NCBI RefSeq assembly: GCF_041956535.1
Contig: NW_027192197.1
Coordinates: 1,157,673 to 1,221,672, forward strand
Source: Calcarisporiella thermophila CBS 279.70
Taxonomy: Eukaryota; Fungi; Calcarisporiellomycota
Length of the DNA: 64,000 nucleotides
Direction: 5' to 3'
Shown here in pieces: positions 61,822-64,000 of the stretch. A program made the translations under genes and the position numbers. The notes beneath the pieces were generated by a model. That model was not told the origin of the DNA, did no database searches, and saw only the letters and a list, made by a program, of their open reading frames with translations. Numbering within the stretch: the first letter of the stretch is position 1; each line of letters begins with the position of its first letter.

Positions 61822-62226
61822 ATGGTAATTTATAGTGTAACGGTCTTCATCCTTTTTCTCTCTGCTGTTACAGTATCTGCTGTTCCACAGCAAGATTTTT
61901 CACAACACCAATTAACGGAGCATGCAACTGAGGGCTTATATGGTGGTGTGAATGGTTACGAAAATGAGCTGAGCAAACGTGACGTAAGAATAGGGGGCAA
62001 TAACATGGTGGAAGGGGATCAGCAGATAGGAATGGTGAAGTATCCTTTTGATGGAGTGGTTGTGAAAAGCTGCTAACTCAAATACCATTAGAATAAGATT
62101 GACAAAGCAGCGAGTAAAGAAAGTGGCTCCGGTAGCTTGAACCAGAATATTCGTAACGAAGAATCAAAGAGTGCTCCGGCCCAAACTTCCCCGAGTGCGA
62201 CTCCTTTCATCAATTCACTGTCATGA
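61822..62226 (+). CDS. Small secreted pre-pro-protein (about 115 aa), 2 exons
   Basis: Hydrophobic signal peptide ending VSA|VP, acidic pro-region ending LSKR. Intron 62035-62091 (GTGAAG...CTAAC...TAG) gives an in-frame exon 2 ending TGA at 62226. Confidence 0.65.
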
Positions 62227-64000
62227 ATATCGAAAAGTGCGTAGTTTTTGGGTTCAGCTGTCGAGGTTACCTGTCATTGACATTGCTTTGGTGGCATTTT
62301 CAGTTACCTCCCTAATATTAGCTAGGACGTGTCGCCATAAATTTTATTATTTCTATCCAGTGCTGTCTTTGACGTCAAAATAGAACGAACAGCTAATATA
62401 CATATTCGATAACTCATATCGACCTCTCAAGCTTGAAATTGCTCATTTTAGCATTCTTTATTCATTATAAGTAGAATGGGGAGGCAAACTGGATTTGAAG
62501 CAACCAAAACATCAAAAATCAAACACGATTATTATACCCATATTGCTTTCTTATGCAGTATACTTGTGAGCTATTCATGATCGCCTACTATATGTATATT
62601 CGGGCATCTTTAATCCTATTGATTCTAGTTGCAATTTATGGCCATGCTAAGCCATGTAGCATATATCACGTTAATCAATGATGGTCAATTGTTTTGCATT
62701 GGTCGCTCGAACGGCTGGAAAATATTGGACGCGCTAATCTACGAGTATTCTTGTGATTTTCGCGCTCTGCTGAAAAAAGCTGCGTACATGCTGTAATTGC
62801 ATATGTACCTTGCTTGGTTATTTAGCTAAAATTATATCTGTTGCACATCTTTGATAGCAGAGGTAAGGTGGATGGTCGAGATGGCCTCAAATTCTCCAAG
62901 TTTGATACATGCATGAACATTGGAGTGATGGCTATGGCTTCGAAATAAATTGGTAACTCGTGCATGTTGCCCTTTTCTAGTAACTATGCCCGAAGTTTCT
63001 GGGGCTTGGAATTGCAGGGGACAAAGCACCCTGACTCTGACCATGACCAGAAAGCACAATGGCTCACTGAGTCTATTATGAGTTTAAATTGGATATCGCT
63101 CCTGTATTCTAAGCATATCAAGTCCTCCCCCATTCTAATTTTCTCATCCTGTCTATCCGATGACCTCAGCATTGTCACCCCATCTCCGCTAGCAGCAGAT
63201 CCGAGTAGCAGTTCATTCCGCCCTTACCAGATTCCATTTGCTATAAGCTCATTGTCGGGTGGATTACATTAAGTATTAAGATGGTCAAGCATACTACAAA
63301 AGGGTTAAGTTAGTAAGATACTACTGGACATACTTTGTACCTTTATTTTACTCTCCACTTTGGCTAAGCAGTATTCCAGTTATCCAAGTGTAATCTACTG
63401 TTGGATAGAGGGAAATTCTCCTTGGAAAAATAATTGAGGTTGGGAAAGGACAGGGTGCCTTAGTATACAAGACAGAAGCTTTTTTTTGGGGAGGGGGCTA
63501 AAGTTTGTCCATAAATACAAATATTGGCTTAGCGTGCTGTCTTTTATTTCTTGTCAAATTCTAATGCGTATAAGCTTTTCTCTGGATATGGAAAGCTAGT
63601 ATCGCCCCTTATCATCACTTAACTTTGAATTAGGTTTAATTCCAATTTGTGCCTCGGAACACAAATTTCTTGCTCTCATAATGCACGCCTCTTGAGGATA
63701 AGCTTTCATATCCCAAAAACCAAAAGGGTGATGTCTCTGCAAATGATCGAGTCAGTGTTGTATAGACGGCACTTGAAGATAAGTGTCTAAGCGGGTCCCC
63801 AAGCGTCTTCGATAGATTGTGCACTACTTCAGCTTTTCCAAGGAAGCAAACGAAGAAGCTTCAGAGAACCAATCGTTGACAAGGTACTGATCCGATAGAA
63901 ACAAGGGAGCTAGCCAAACCAGGGGATTGTATATTGGATATATTCATAGGAATGCTTGTCAGCAGCAATATCGAGTCGTCTCTCAGGATAGCCAATAGAA

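Noticed and set aside
62800-64000. Possible decayed retroelement or pseudogene (fragment CFVPCNSKPQKLRA*LLEK)
   Set aside because: Only a vague resemblance; no RT or integrase catalytic motifs, LTRs or TIRs are visible. A tBLASTn/Dfam search would be needed.

Overview
Gene-dense, intron-containing eukaryotic DNA. Short GT-AG introns with CTAAC branch points and the gene set (WC-1, Cdc15-like kinase, CHO2, ERG9, GCN4/CpcA, Pcl cyclin, plus DHCR24 and ERMARD) point to an early-diverging 'zygomycete'-grade fungus; this taxonomy is inference. I can support three tRNAs (Asn-GTT, Gly-GCC, intron-containing Ala-TGC) and about 24 protein-coding genes. Coordinates of spliced genes are start-to-stop spans assembled by eye. 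The most unusual items are: (1) a spliced fusion of a bacterial-type HutD/Ves cupin to an AstE/AspA (M14) deacylase; (2) a triple fusion of an EOS1-like membrane domain with GT31 and GT32 glycosyltransferases; (3) GCN4/CpcA with two uORFs and an LPTP degron-like motif directly downstream of a Pho85-type cyclin; (4) a CH-Cdc15-like kinase-C1 protein; (5) an animal/plant-type delta24-sterol reductase; (6) a right-hand block of two tandem alkenal reductases, an intronless FAD monooxygenase and a small secreted pro-peptide. No CRISPR array, rRNA or intact mobile element was seen.
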